64,000 bases of DNA. Source: Hemiscyllium ocellatum. Lineage: Eukaryota. Both the position numbers and the translations under genes were made by a program. The notes beneath the pieces were generated by a model, which ran no database searches, had not been told where the DNA came from, and saw only the letters and a list, made by a program, of their open reading frames with translations. The stretch is taken from NCBI RefSeq assembly GCF_020745735.1, contig NC_083445.1, positions 1,488,001-1,552,000 on the forward strand. The letters are read 5' to 3'. Positions 13,201 through 24,100 of the stretch are shown piece after piece. Every line of letters starts with the position of its first letter. Within the stretch, counting starts at the first letter, position 1.

Positions 13201-13712
13201 GTTGCCTCCAGAAAATGCAGCTCTAAGAAACTATTTAAAAAGCTTTCCATGAATTTCTCGTCCGAGGTATCAATGCCAATCTGATGTTTCCTGTTTCGAT
13301 TAAAGTCACCCTTGATTATCGCCTTCCCTTTGTCACAAACACCAGAATTTCTTCTTGTATATCTTATCCCACATTGTGGTTACTCTAAGAGGGCATGTAG
13401 ACCATTCCCACTGGTGACATCTTCCCCATCCAAGCCCATTCTAATCCTGATCTCCTAAACTGAGATCACCTTTACCTGTTACACTAATGTCTGCCTTGTT
13501 TAGGATTCCTAGTCTGGGATCACTTGATTAATCAGAGTGTTTTGGAGAGTACAGGATTAATTGGTTAATTCTTTTACACAGATTATTAACAAGTAAATCC
13601 CAGTTTGGGAGTTGCTTACCTGAATTCTCTCGATGCCAGCCTCCATACGAAGTTGTTCCACTGCCTTCCTGGCCTGAGCGATGTGGCTCATGGTGACCAT
13701 TTTGGATGTCAT
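10230..13712 (-). CDS. GNG14: Heterotrimeric G-protein gamma subunit (GNG7/GNG12 clade; GNG14 by synteny), 72 aa
   Basis: Exon 13712-13620 ([31 protein letters not shown], donor GTAAGC) joins exon 10355-10230 ([41 protein letters not shown]). It has the DPL, NPF and CAAX (CIIL) motifs and lies antisense between FBXW9 and DHPS, like human GNG14. The G-gamma identity is firm; the paralogue name rests on synteny. Confidence 0.85.
10445..10945 (-). mobile_element. CR1/HER1-type LINE 3' fragment in the G-gamma intron
   Basis: Similar to the LINE 3' ends at 22560, 41535, 42826 and 52605 (CATATCCCTCTAAACCTTTCCTAT..TTCCTCTGGCAG..AAACCTCT.TAGGGTCACC). Confidence 0.75.
11883..12061. repeat. ~180-bp palindromic (hairpin) non-autonomous element
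   Basis: AGTGTTGGAGAAACTCAGCAGGTCTGGCAGCCTCTGTGGGGA pairs with TCCCCACAGACGCTGCCAGACCTGCTGAGTTTCTCCAGCACT, plus an inner stem. Half or degenerate copies occur at ~5900-6000, ~14530-14592 and ~32995-33135. Confidence 0.8.
12330..13490 (-). mobile_element. Old, heavily deleted CR1 LINE
   Basis: Minus-strand remnants include [15 protein letters not shown] and a CR1 3' UTR (CAGCCATGATCTTATTGAA..GAATGGCCTACTCCT). Boundaries approximate. Confidence 0.65.
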
Positions 13713-14094
13713 TCTGAGAGCAGTCCGTTATTTCACAGTCACAACCACGGAACTAAAACAAGAAGACAGTGATGCTAGACCCTTAGGTCCAACCACTCCA
13801 CGCCGAACATCATCCCAAACTAATCCAGTCCCACTTACCTGCTCCTGGCCCATATCCCTCCAAACATTCCTTCTTCATCTTGGAATTCAAAAGACAATTA
13901 CAACTCAGCATTTACAAATCACTCGTGACATCCTAACAAACTCCAACTGCTTTTTATAAAACGTATTGGGTTGATGGGATGTGGGTATGGCCGGTCAGGT
14001 CTGTATATATCACTGTAATCTCATGGGAGCCAGGAAAGAATGGCAGGTTTCTATCCCAAAAGGCCATTAGTGACCAGATGGGTTTTCTGACAAT

Positions 14095-14179
14095 AAGGGC
14101 TTATGCCCGAAACGTCGAATTTCCTATTCCTTGGATGCTGCCTGACCTGCTGTGCTTTAACCAGCAACACATTTTCAGC
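14095..14179 (+). mobile_element. Short Penelope-like (PLE) terminal fragment with 11-bp target-site duplication
   Basis: TTTCTGACAAT at 14084-14094 and 14180-14190 flanks AAGGGCTTATGCCCGAAACGTCGAAT..ACATTTTCAGC, which matches the end of the element at 22018-22342. Confidence 0.8.
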
Positions 14180-14647
14180 TTTCTGACAATTGAGTGGAGT
14201 TACATGGTCACCATTAAACTCGGTAATGTATTTGAAAAACAATTCTAGAACATCAGATATGTCACTTATTCATGTGCCAGCTTAGTACCCAAACTAAAGA
14301 GTAGACAGACTGTGGAAGACGCACAAGATATTGTGATATTATTTAACCGACAAGGATTCCTGGAAGAAAGAGAGAGCGCCTCCTCATTTACCTGAACGAA
14401 TGGCCCAGTGAAGTTTTGTCAAACTATTCCAAGCCATTTGAATAATACTGAGGAGAGGTATCTGGAGCAAACCAGACAATACCAGAATAAAATACTGGAG
14501 GAACTTCTGAGGAAATGTCACTGTACCCAAAACGTAATTCCGTTTCTCTCCTCAGACGCTGCCAGACCTGCTGGGTTTCTCCAGGATTTTTGTGGGAGAA
14601 TACAGAACTTGATAACGGTGTCTCTCTCTGACTCCCTCCCCCATTAA

Positions 14648-15200
14648 CCCCTCTCCCCGTCACTCCCTCTGCTCACTGTCAGCCTCTCCTCTCCCGTGAC
14701 CCTCTCCCCTCCCTGTCTCTCCCCGTGACCCTCTCCCCTCCCTGTCTCTCCCCGTGACCCACTCCCCTCCCTGTCTCTCCCCCTGACCCTCTCCCCTCCC
14801 TGTCTCTCCCCGTGACCCTCTCCCCTCCCTGTCTCTCCCCGTGACCCACTCCCCTCCCTGTCACCCACTCCCCTCCCTGTCACCCCCCACTCGCTGCCAG
14901 CTCTCCCCTCCCTGTGACCCCCCACTCGCTGCCAGCTCTCCCCTCCCTGTCACCCCCACTCGCTGCCAGCTCTCCTCTCCCTGTCACCCCCCACTCGCTG
15001 CCAGCTCTCCTCTCCCTGTGACCCCCACTCGCTGCCAGCTCTCCCCTCCCTGTGACCCCCACTCGCTGCCAGCTCTCCTCTCCCTGTGACCCCCACTCGC
15101 TGCCAGCTCTCCCCTCCCTGTCACCCCCCACTCGCTGCCAGCTCTCCTCTCCCTGTGACCCCCCACTTGCTGCCAGCTCTCCCCTCCCTGTGACCCCCAC
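14648..15200. repeat. Compound C-rich minisatellite (28-bp then ~37-bp units)
   Basis: CCGTGACCCTCTCCCCTCCCTGTCTCTC repeats grade into CCCCCACTCGCTGCCAGCTCTCCTCTCCCTGTGA repeats. Confidence 0.9.
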
Positions 15201-15277
15201 CCTTCTCCATTACCCCCTCGACTTCCCTTGCCTTCATCATCAACCCCTTCCCATCACTTGCCCTCCTCTCCCTGTCA

Positions 15278-15365
15278 GGAAGAAGGGCTCATGCTCGAAA
15301 CGTTGATTCTCCTGCTCCTTGGATGCTGCCTGACCTGCTGCGCTTTTCCAGTGACACGTTTTCAG
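15278..15365 (+). mobile_element. Short PLE terminal fragment with 15-bp target-site duplication
   Basis: CTCCTCTCCCTGTCA at 15263-15277 and 15366-15380 flanks GGAAGAAGGGCTCATGCTCGAAACGTTGA..TTTTCAG. Confidence 0.75.
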
Positions 15366-16257
15366 CTCCTCTCCCTGTCACCCTATCAGCCTCTGTCCTC
15401 CCCAGCACCCCTCTATCACCCCTTTTCCTCGCCAACTCACTCGCTGTCGTATCCAGGTTGCGTTCTGGCTCTGATTGGTTGTTTTTTTATCCCTCCAAGC
15501 CCGCAATATATTGAGCCGGTGTCCCTCGACTCTAACCCCATTGCTGTCTCCAATCTGCATTTTGTCAGACACTCAAACCCCTTGTCGCTCACGTACTTCT
15601 GGAACAGAAATCTATTTGCCCCGTCTCGGCCTGTGCCAAGCTGATGAAAAGCTTTTGTGTTGAAAGTGGTTTGTTGAGCTCTGTTGAGAATCTCAGATTG
15701 CTGTACGTACCTGTGCCCGGGCGAGGTCCTGGCTGCTGTTTACTGAAGCTCAGGCAGATATTGTGCAGGTCAGTCACCAGAATCGCATCCTCACTCTTCT
15801 CCCAGACACCGTGGTGATCATCTGCTGTTGTTGACGGTGCCCAAGCTCCCTTTCCCCATCACAGCCTGGATCCTGGGATTTCATGACAGAAAGCTGCTCT
15901 TTAAAATGTGTGACAGGACTGGCTCACACTGAGAGCTCTGCAGTTAAATGTCAGACTTCAAACACAGCTCCCCCCCTCCAACCCTCACCTGACTCCCATC
16001 CTGTCTGGTTATAAACCTTTGTTTTAAAAATAACTTCTCCCTGGAATTCTTCTCATCGTTCGGAGACCCCCAGCTCCCAGAGCTCCACCTCAGATCTTCA
16101 AAGTTACAGACTTTGGGATTGAAGGAAGTTGGAGAGGTTTAAAAGTTCCAGCTGCCAGAACCACAGACCGTTCCCTGTGACTGTAAACAGGTCAGACTGT
16201 TATCCAGAGCCCCTCAGTATCAGCCCCCACAGAACTTCCCCAATACCCTCCGCAAAA

Positions 16258-17862
16258 CCGACCCCTACCCCCATCCCCACACCGACCCCTACACCCCTCC
16301 CCAACACCGACCCCTACCCCCATCCCCACACCGACCCCTACACCCCCATCCCCAACACCGACCCCTACCCCCCATCCCCACACCGACCCCTACACCCCTC
16401 CCCAACACCGACCCCTACCCCCATCCCCACACCGACCCCTACACCCCTCCCCAACACCGACCCCTACCCCCATCCCCACACCGACCCNNNNNNNNNNNNN
16501 NNNNNNNNNNNNNNNNNNNNNNNNNNNNNNNNNNNNNNNNNNNNNNNNNNNNNNNNNNNNNNNNNNNNNNNNNNNNNNNNNNNNNNNACGACCCCTACAC
16601 CCCCTCCCCCACACCCCCCTCCCCCACACCGACCCCTACACCCCCCTCCCCCACAACGACCCCTACACCCCCCTCCCCCACACCGACCCCTACACCCCCC
16701 TCCCCCACACCGACCCCTACACCCCCCACCCCACAACGACCCCTACACCCCCCACCCCACAACGACCCCTACACCCCCCTCCCCCACACCGACCCCTACA
16801 CCCCCCACCCCCACACCGACCCCTACACCCCCCACCCCACAACGACCCCTACACCCCCCTCCCCCACAACCCCCTCCCCCACACCGACCCCTACACCCCC
16901 CTCCCCCACAACGACCCCTACACCCCACACCGACCCCTACACCCCCCTCCCCCACACCGACCCCTACACCCCCCTCCCCCACACCGACCCCTACACCCCC
17001 CACCCCCACACCGACCCCTTCACCCCCCTCCCCCACAACGACCCCTACACCCCCCTCCCCCACACCGACCCCTTCACCCCCCTCCCCCACAACGACCCCT
17101 ACACCCCCCCCCACAACGACCCCTACACCCCACACCGACCCCTACACCCCCTCCCCCACAACGACCCCTACACCCCCCTCCCTCACAACGACCCCTACAC
17201 CCCACACCGACCCCTACACCCCCCTCCCCCACACCGACCCCTACACCCCCTCCCCCACACCGTCCCCTACACCCCCCACCCCACAACGACCCCTACACCC
17301 CCCTCCCCCACACCGACCCCTACACCCCCCTCCCCCACACCGACCCCTACACCCCCTCCCCCACACCGACCCCTACACCCCCCACCCCACAACGACCCCT
17401 ACACCCCCTCCCCCACACCCCCCTCCCCCACACCGACCCCTACACCCCCCTCCCCCACAACGACCCCTACACCCCCCTCCCCCACACCGACCCCTACACC
17501 CCCCTCCCCCACACCGACCCCTACACCCCCCACCCCACAACGACCCCTACACCCCCCACCCCACAACGACCCCTACACCCCCCTCCCCCACACCGACCCC
17601 TACACCCCCCACCCCCACACCGACCCCTACACCCCCCACCCCACAACGACCCCTACACCCCCCTCCCCCACAACCCCCTCCCCCACACCGACCCCTACAC
17701 CCCCCTCCCCCACAACGACCCCTACACCCCACACCGACCCCTACACCCCCCTCCCCCACACCGACCCCTACACCCCCCTCCCCCACACCGACCCCTACAC
17801 CCCCCACCCCCACACCGACCCCTACACCCCCACCCCCACACCGACCCCTACACCCCCCTCCC
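16258..17862. repeat. C-rich minisatellite (core CCGACCCCTACACCCC), containing an assembly gap
   Basis: Tandem ~20-24-bp units; 100 Ns at 16488-16587; an internal block duplication (~16588 vs ~17392). Confidence 0.92.
16488..16587. other. Assembly gap (100 N, true size unknown)
   Basis: Run of exactly 100 N. Confidence 0.99.
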
Positions 17863-17921
17863 CTCATTGACCCTCCCCGCTCCATGAACACCTCCCTCCA
17901 GCTGTCCCCGTTCAACCCGCT

Positions 17922-18138
17922 GGCCCCGCCCTCTGACTCCGGGCCCCGCCCTCTGACTCCGGGCCCCGCCCTCTGACTCCGGGCCCCGCCCTCTGACTCC
18001 GGGCCCCGCCCTCTGACTCCGGGCCCCGCCCTCTGACTCCGGGCCACGCCCACTGACGGTAGCTCCGCCTCTCACGGCTCCCCCTCCCGCCGGTGACGCG
18101 CAGGCGCATTTCTATTCTGTTCCCGCGTTGATCCCTCG
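17922..18138 (+). promoter_or_regulatory. DHPS CpG-island promoter and probable non-coding first exon
   Basis: Six 20-bp repeats each carry a GC box (GCCCCGCCC), followed by GGCCACGCCC, TGACG and an NRF1-like GCGCAGGCGCA (~18097-18108). A donor CG|GTGAGA lies at 18139, and an acceptor TTTTCCAG at 21110 precedes the DHPS ATG. Confidence 0.65.
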
Positions 18139-18189
18139 GTGAGAAGAGGCCGCGAACCGGGGCCTAGCCCGTGTCCGTGAGGGAGGGGG

Positions 18190-20970
18190 AGGGGGAGGGT
18201 CTGTGTTTACCCCGGGGGGGGGAGGGGGAGGGTCTGTGTTTACCCCGGGGGGGGGAGAGAGGTGTCTGTGTTTACCCTGGGGGGGGGAGGAGAGGGGTCT
18301 GTGTTTACCCCGGGGGGGGAGGGGTCTGTGTTTACCCTGGGGGGGGGGGAGGAGAGGGGTCTGTGTTTACCCCGGGGGGGGAGGGGTCTGTGTTTACCCC
18401 GGGGGGGGAGGGGTCTGTGTTTACCCTGGGGGGGGGGAGGAGAGGGGTCTGTGTTTACCCTGGGGGGGGGAGGAGAGGGGTCTGTGTTTACCCCGGGGGG
18501 GTCTGTGTTTACCCTGGGGGGGGGAGGGGTCTGTGTTTACCCTGGGGGGGTCTGTGTTTACCCTGGGGGGAGGGGTCTGTGTTTACCCCCGTTGGGGGGA
18601 GAGGGTGTGTGTTTACCCTGGGTGGGAGGGGTCTGTGTTTACCCCCCTTTGGGGGAGAGGGTGTGTGTTTACCCCGGGGGGTCTGTGTTTACCCTGGTGG
18701 GGTCTGGGTTTACCCTGGGGGAGAGGGGTCTGTTTTTACCCCCGTTGGGGGGAGAGGGTGTGTCTTTACCCCGGGGGGGGTCTGTGTTTACCCCGGGGGA
18801 GAGGGGTCTGTGTTTACCCCCATTGGGGGGAGAGGGTGTGTCTTTACCCGGGGGGGGTCTGTGTTTACCCCGGGGGAGAGGGGTCTGTGTTTACCCCCAT
18901 TGGGGGGAGAGGGTGTGTGTTTACCCGGGGGGGTCTGTGTTTACCCTGGGGGAGAGGGGTCTGTGTTTACCCCCGTTGGGAGGAGGGGTGTGTGTTTACC
19001 CTGGGGGGTGGGTCTGTGTTTACCCTGGGGGGGAGGGGTCTGTGTTTACCCCCATTGGGGGGAGAGGGTGTGTGTTTACCCTGTGTGGGAGGGGTCTGTG
19101 TTTACCCCCGTTGGGGGGAGAGGGTGTGTGTTTACCCCGGGGGGTCTGTGTTTACCCTGGGGGGAGGGGTCTGTGTTTACCCTGGGGGGGGGAGAGGGGT
19201 CTGTGTTTACCCCGGGGACGGGGGGGGGGTGGGAGAGGGGTCTGTGTTTACCCCGGGGGGGGGTGGGAGAGAGGGGTCTGTGTTTATCCCGGGGGAGAGG
19301 GGTCTGTGTTTACCCCGGGGGGTGGGGGGGTGGGAGTGGGGTCTGTGTTTACCCCGGGGGGGGGGGGGGGAGGAGAGTGGGGTCTGTGTTTATCCCGGGG
19401 GAGAGGGGTCTGTGTTTACCCCTGTTGGGAAGAGGGGTCTGTGTTTACCCTGGGGGGCGGGTCTGTGTTTACCCCCGTTGGGGGGAGAGGGTGTGTGTTT
19501 ACCCCGGGGGGGTCTGTGTTTACCCTGGGGGGAGGGGTCTGTGTTTACCCCGGGGAGGGGGGAGAGAGAGGGGTCTGTGTTTACCCTGGGGGGAGAGGGG
19601 TCTGTGTTTACCTCCTTGGGGGGAGAGGGGTCTGTGTTTACCTCCTTGGGGGGAGAGGGTCTGTGTTTACCCTGGGGGGTAGGGGTCTGTGTTTACCCGG
19701 GGGGGGAGGCATCTGTGTTTATCCCGGGGGAGAGGGGACTGTGTTTACCCCCGTTGGGGGGAGAGGGTGTGTGTTTACCACGGGGGGGGTCTGTGTTTAC
19801 CCTGGGGGGGGAGAGGGGTCTGTGTTTACCCCGGGGGGGAGAAGGGTCTGTGTTTACCCTGGTGGGGAGGGGTCTGTGTTTACCCCAGGGGTGGAGGGGT
19901 CTGTGTTTACCCCGGGGGGAGAGTGGTCTGTGTTTACCTCGGTGGGGGAGGGGTCTGTGTTTACCCTGGGGGAGAAGGGTCTGTGTTTACCCCCGTTGGG
20001 GGGAAGAGGGTGTGTGTTTACCCCGGGGGGGTCTGTGTTTACCCTGGGGGGAGGGGTCTGTGTTTACCCCGGGGAGGGGGGAGAGAGAGGGGTCTGTGTT
20101 TACCCTGGGGGGAGAGGGGTCTGTGTTTACCTCCTTGGGGGGAGAGGGTCTGTGTTTACCCTGGGGGGTAGGGGTCTGTGTTTACCCGGGGGGGGAGGCA
20201 TCTGTGTTTATCCCGGGGGAGAGGGGACTGTGTTTACCCCCGTTGGGGGGAGAGGGTGTGTGTTTACCACGGGGGGGGTCTGTGTTTACCCTGGGGGGGG
20301 AGAGGGGTCTGTGTTTACCCCGGGGGGGAGAAGGGTCTGTGTTTACCCCGGGGGGGAGAAGGGTCTGTGTTTACCCTGGTGGGGAGGGGTCTGTGTTTAC
20401 CCCAGGGGTGGAGGGGTCTGTGTTTACCCCAGGGGTGGAGGGGTCTGTGTTTACCCCGGTGGGGGAGGGGTCTGTGTTTACCCTGGGGGAGAAGGGTCTG
20501 TGTTTACCCCCGTTGGGGGGAAGAGGGTGTGTGTTTACCCCGGGGGGGTGGGTTCTGTGTTTACCCTGGGGGGGAGGGGTCTGTGTTTACCCCGGGGGGA
20601 GGGGTCTTTGTTTACCCCCGTTGGGGGGATAGGGTGTGTGTTTACCCCGGGGGGGTCTGTGTTTACCCCGGGGGGGAGGGGTCTGTGTTTACCCCAGGGG
20701 GGGAGAGGTCTGTGTTTACCCCGGGGTGGGGGGGAGAGGGGTCTGTGTTTACCCTGGGGGGGAGGGGTCTGTGTTTACCCTGGGGGGGAGGGGTCTGTGT
20801 TTACCCCCGTTGGGGGGGAGAAGGGTGTGTGTTTACCCCGGAGGGGGGAGCTGGGAGGAGGAGGGGTCGGAGGGTGGGAGGGGTCTGTGTTTACCCCGGG
20901 GGGAGGGGGGGAACGAGGAGGGGTCCAGGGGTGGGGGGTAGGGTCGGGGGTCTGTATTTATCCTGGGACA
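18190..20970. repeat. G-rich minisatellite (GGGGTCTGTGTTTACCCCGGGG..) filling the DHPS 5'-UTR intron
   Basis: On the order of 100 units with an invariant TGTGTTTACC core and variable G runs. A 489-bp higher-order duplication is visible (19689 vs 20178). Confidence 0.93.
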
Positions 20971-21137
20971 GAGTGTTGGGGGTGAACCTGAAAGCAGGTG
21001 TATGGGGGAGAGGGAAGTCTCTGTTTACCCGGAGAGCTGGGCGGGCCGCGCTCCGGGTCTGACTGTGAGCTCTTCCTGCCCTCAGGCTGGGTCTGTTTTC
21101 TGTTTTCCAGCCGGTAGATAATTGACTGGGATCAGGG

Positions 21138-24100
21138 ATGGCTGAGTCTGTTCCATCAGTCGCTCTGGATGCAGTTCTGAAGCTAAGCTCCACCATCCCC
21201 GAGGGATCTGTGCAGGTCCAAGGATATGACTTCAACAAGGGCATTAACTACCACGCTCTGCTGCAATCTTACCTCACCACTGGGTACCAGGCGACCAACT
21301 TTGGACTTGCTGTACAGCAGATTAACAGCATGGTAAATCCGAGAGACCCTACACCTTTCCTCACAGGAGCACCAATTCAGTGATAGTGGATAAAAAATGA
21401 GGTCTGCAGATGCTGGAGATCAGAGCTGAAAATGTGTTGCTGGTTAATGAGGAAACTGGAGAAATCTGAGTTCATCCCTTGTGGTTGGAGGGTTCCCAGG
21501 CGGAAGATGAGGCGCTCTTCCTCCAACTGTCGTGTTGTTATGTTTTGCCGGTGGAGGAGTCCAAGGACCTGCATGTCCTCGGTGGAGTGGGAGGGGGAGT
21601 TAAAGTGTTGAGCCACAGGGTGGTTGGGTTGGTTGGTCCGGGCGTCCCTGAGGTGTTCGCTGAAGCGTTCCGCAAATAAGCGGCCCGTCTCCCCAATGTA
21701 GAGGAGGCCACATCGGGTGCAGCGGATGCAATAGATGATGTGTGTGGAGGTACAGGTGAACTTGTGGCGGATATGGAAGGATCCTTTGGGGCCTTGGAGG
21801 GAAGTGAGTGTGGAGGTGTGGGCGCAAGTTTTACATTTCCTGCGGTTGCAGGGGAAGGTGCCAGGGGTGGAGGTTGGGTTGGTGGGGGGTGTGGATCTGA
21901 CGAGGGAGTCACGAAGGGAGTGGTCTTTGCGGAACGCTGATAGGGGAGGGGAGGGAAATATATCCCTGGTGGTGGGGACCGTTTGGAGGTGGCGGAAATG
22001 ACGGCGGATGATACGCTGGATTTCTCCAGTTTCCTCATTTCCCCTCCCCCCACCTTGTCTCAGTCGGTTCCTTCAACTCAGCACCGCCCTCCTAACCTGC
22101 AATCCTCTTCCTGACCTCTCCGCCCCCACCCCACTCCGGCCTATCACCCTCACCTTGACCTCCTTCCACCTATCACATCTCCATCGCCCCTCCCCCAAGT
22201 CCCTCCTCCCTACCTTTTATCTTAACCTGCCTGCCACCCTCTCCTCATTCCTGATGAAGGGCTTATGCTTGAAACGTCGAATTTCCTATTCCTTGGATGC
22301 TGCCTAACCTGCTGTGCTTTAACCAGCAACACATTTTCAACTGTGATAGTGGATAAAGTCGAGTTGCTGGAGAAAATCAGCCATGTAATTGTTGAACGAT
22401 GGAGCAGACTGGGAGGGGCGGGATGGCTGCTCCTGAGCTGCTGAAATTAGCTTCACCCCCTACTGAGACAGAAGCACAATAACCAGGTCCAAAGTCCAAA
22501 TCATTTAGGAGATCAGCAAAGTCTTGTCTGACCACCCTCCTCCAAAACCATGTGCTCTTTTAGATTCATAGAGATGTACAGCACAGAAACAGACCAACCT
22601 GTCCATGGCAACCAGATATCCTGAATTAATCTAGTACTATTTGCCAGCACTTGGTCCATATGCCTCTATGTTCATTCCTTATTCATAACCCTTCCTATTC
22701 ATATACCCATCCAGATGCCTTTTTAAATGTTGAATTGTACCAGCCGCCTCCACTTCCTCTGGCAGCTCATTCCATACACGCACCACCCTCTGTGAAAAAG
22801 TTGCCCCTTCAGTTCGTTTTATATCTTTCTCCTCCCACCCTAAACCTATGCCCTCTCGTTCTGGACTCCCCCACCCCCAGCGAAAACGCCTTGTCTATTC
22901 ACCCTATCCAGACCCCTCATGATTTAATAAACCTCTATAAGGTCACCTCTCAGCCTCTGGTGCTCCAGGGAAAACAGCTCCAGCCTAGTCAGTCTCTCCC
23001 AACAGCTCAAACCCTCCAATCCCAGCAACATCCTTTTAAATCTTTTCTGAATCCTTTCCAGTTTCAGTACCCTTCCTGTAGGAAGGAGACCAGAATTGCA
23101 CACACTATTCAAAAAGTGGCTGGAACGTGCTCTTGCAGAAATCTACATTTCTAACTCCGATACAAAGATCCTTTCGATGTCATCCTGAATCAGTCATAGC
23201 AGGAACATTCCAGTTGTCACTGCACGGCAGTGATTCTAGTCAGATAGCGGCTGAAGGGGAGCAGTCAGTAAGTAAGTTCTGTTAGTCAGTGCTTGGAGTC
23301 AGAGTGAAGACAGGATTCATTGACAGCAGGTTGTTCGGGCACTCCTGTGAGTTCTGCCTTCATTCTCTTCCAGAGGGTCTGCCTTTAGGGAGGAAATGGT
23401 CAGGTGTCTGAACTCAGGGAATGTGGCCACTTTAGCAGGAAGAATACGAAGGCTGAATATGATCTAAATGGAGAGAGACTGCGGAAGAGAAGGATTTAGG
23501 TGTGCTTCATGGATTACAAAAGATCAGCAAGCAGAAAAACTGCAAGGAATTAAGAAGTTACAATGGAATGTAGTAATTTATTGCAAGGGGAAAGGAATAT
23601 GAAAGTAGGAGTGCTGCTCCAATTGTTGAAGGCTTTGGTGAAACTGCACCCAGTGTACTCTGTATCATTTTGATTTCCTTACATATGGAGGAATAGACTT
23701 CCATTGAAATAACTTCAGAGAAGATTCAGTCAACTGATTCTAGAATAAAAGCTTGATAAGGAAAAGCTGGACAATCTGAGGCTGTATCACCTTGAGTTGA
23801 AGAGAATGAGAGATGATCTTATTGCAATATATAAGATGTTCACGAGACTGGACAGGATGGGTCCTGAAAATAAATTTTCTCTTGTCATTTCAACTAGTCA
23901 AAAATAACATGTATTTAAGACAGATAAAAACATATTCAAAACAGGTCAGAACAGGCTCAGGATGAAAGGGCTTACCTGGGGAAAAGGTTAAGTGTGTGAC
24001 CTTTGGATATTGAGAAGAGTCAGGTGATCTGATTGAAACATATAAGATTCTAACAGGGTTTAATGTGGTGGATGCTGAGAGAATGATTCCCTGTTGTTGG

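Noticed and set aside
16129-17976. 615-aa proline-rich (extensin/mucin-like) ORF
   Set aside because: Translation of a C-rich minisatellite across an N gap; it starts at TTG and has no splice or domain support.
18171-20985. 500-900-aa Gly/Cys-rich ORFs in three frames
   Set aside because: The repeat unit lacks stops in all frames; the region is intronic minisatellite.
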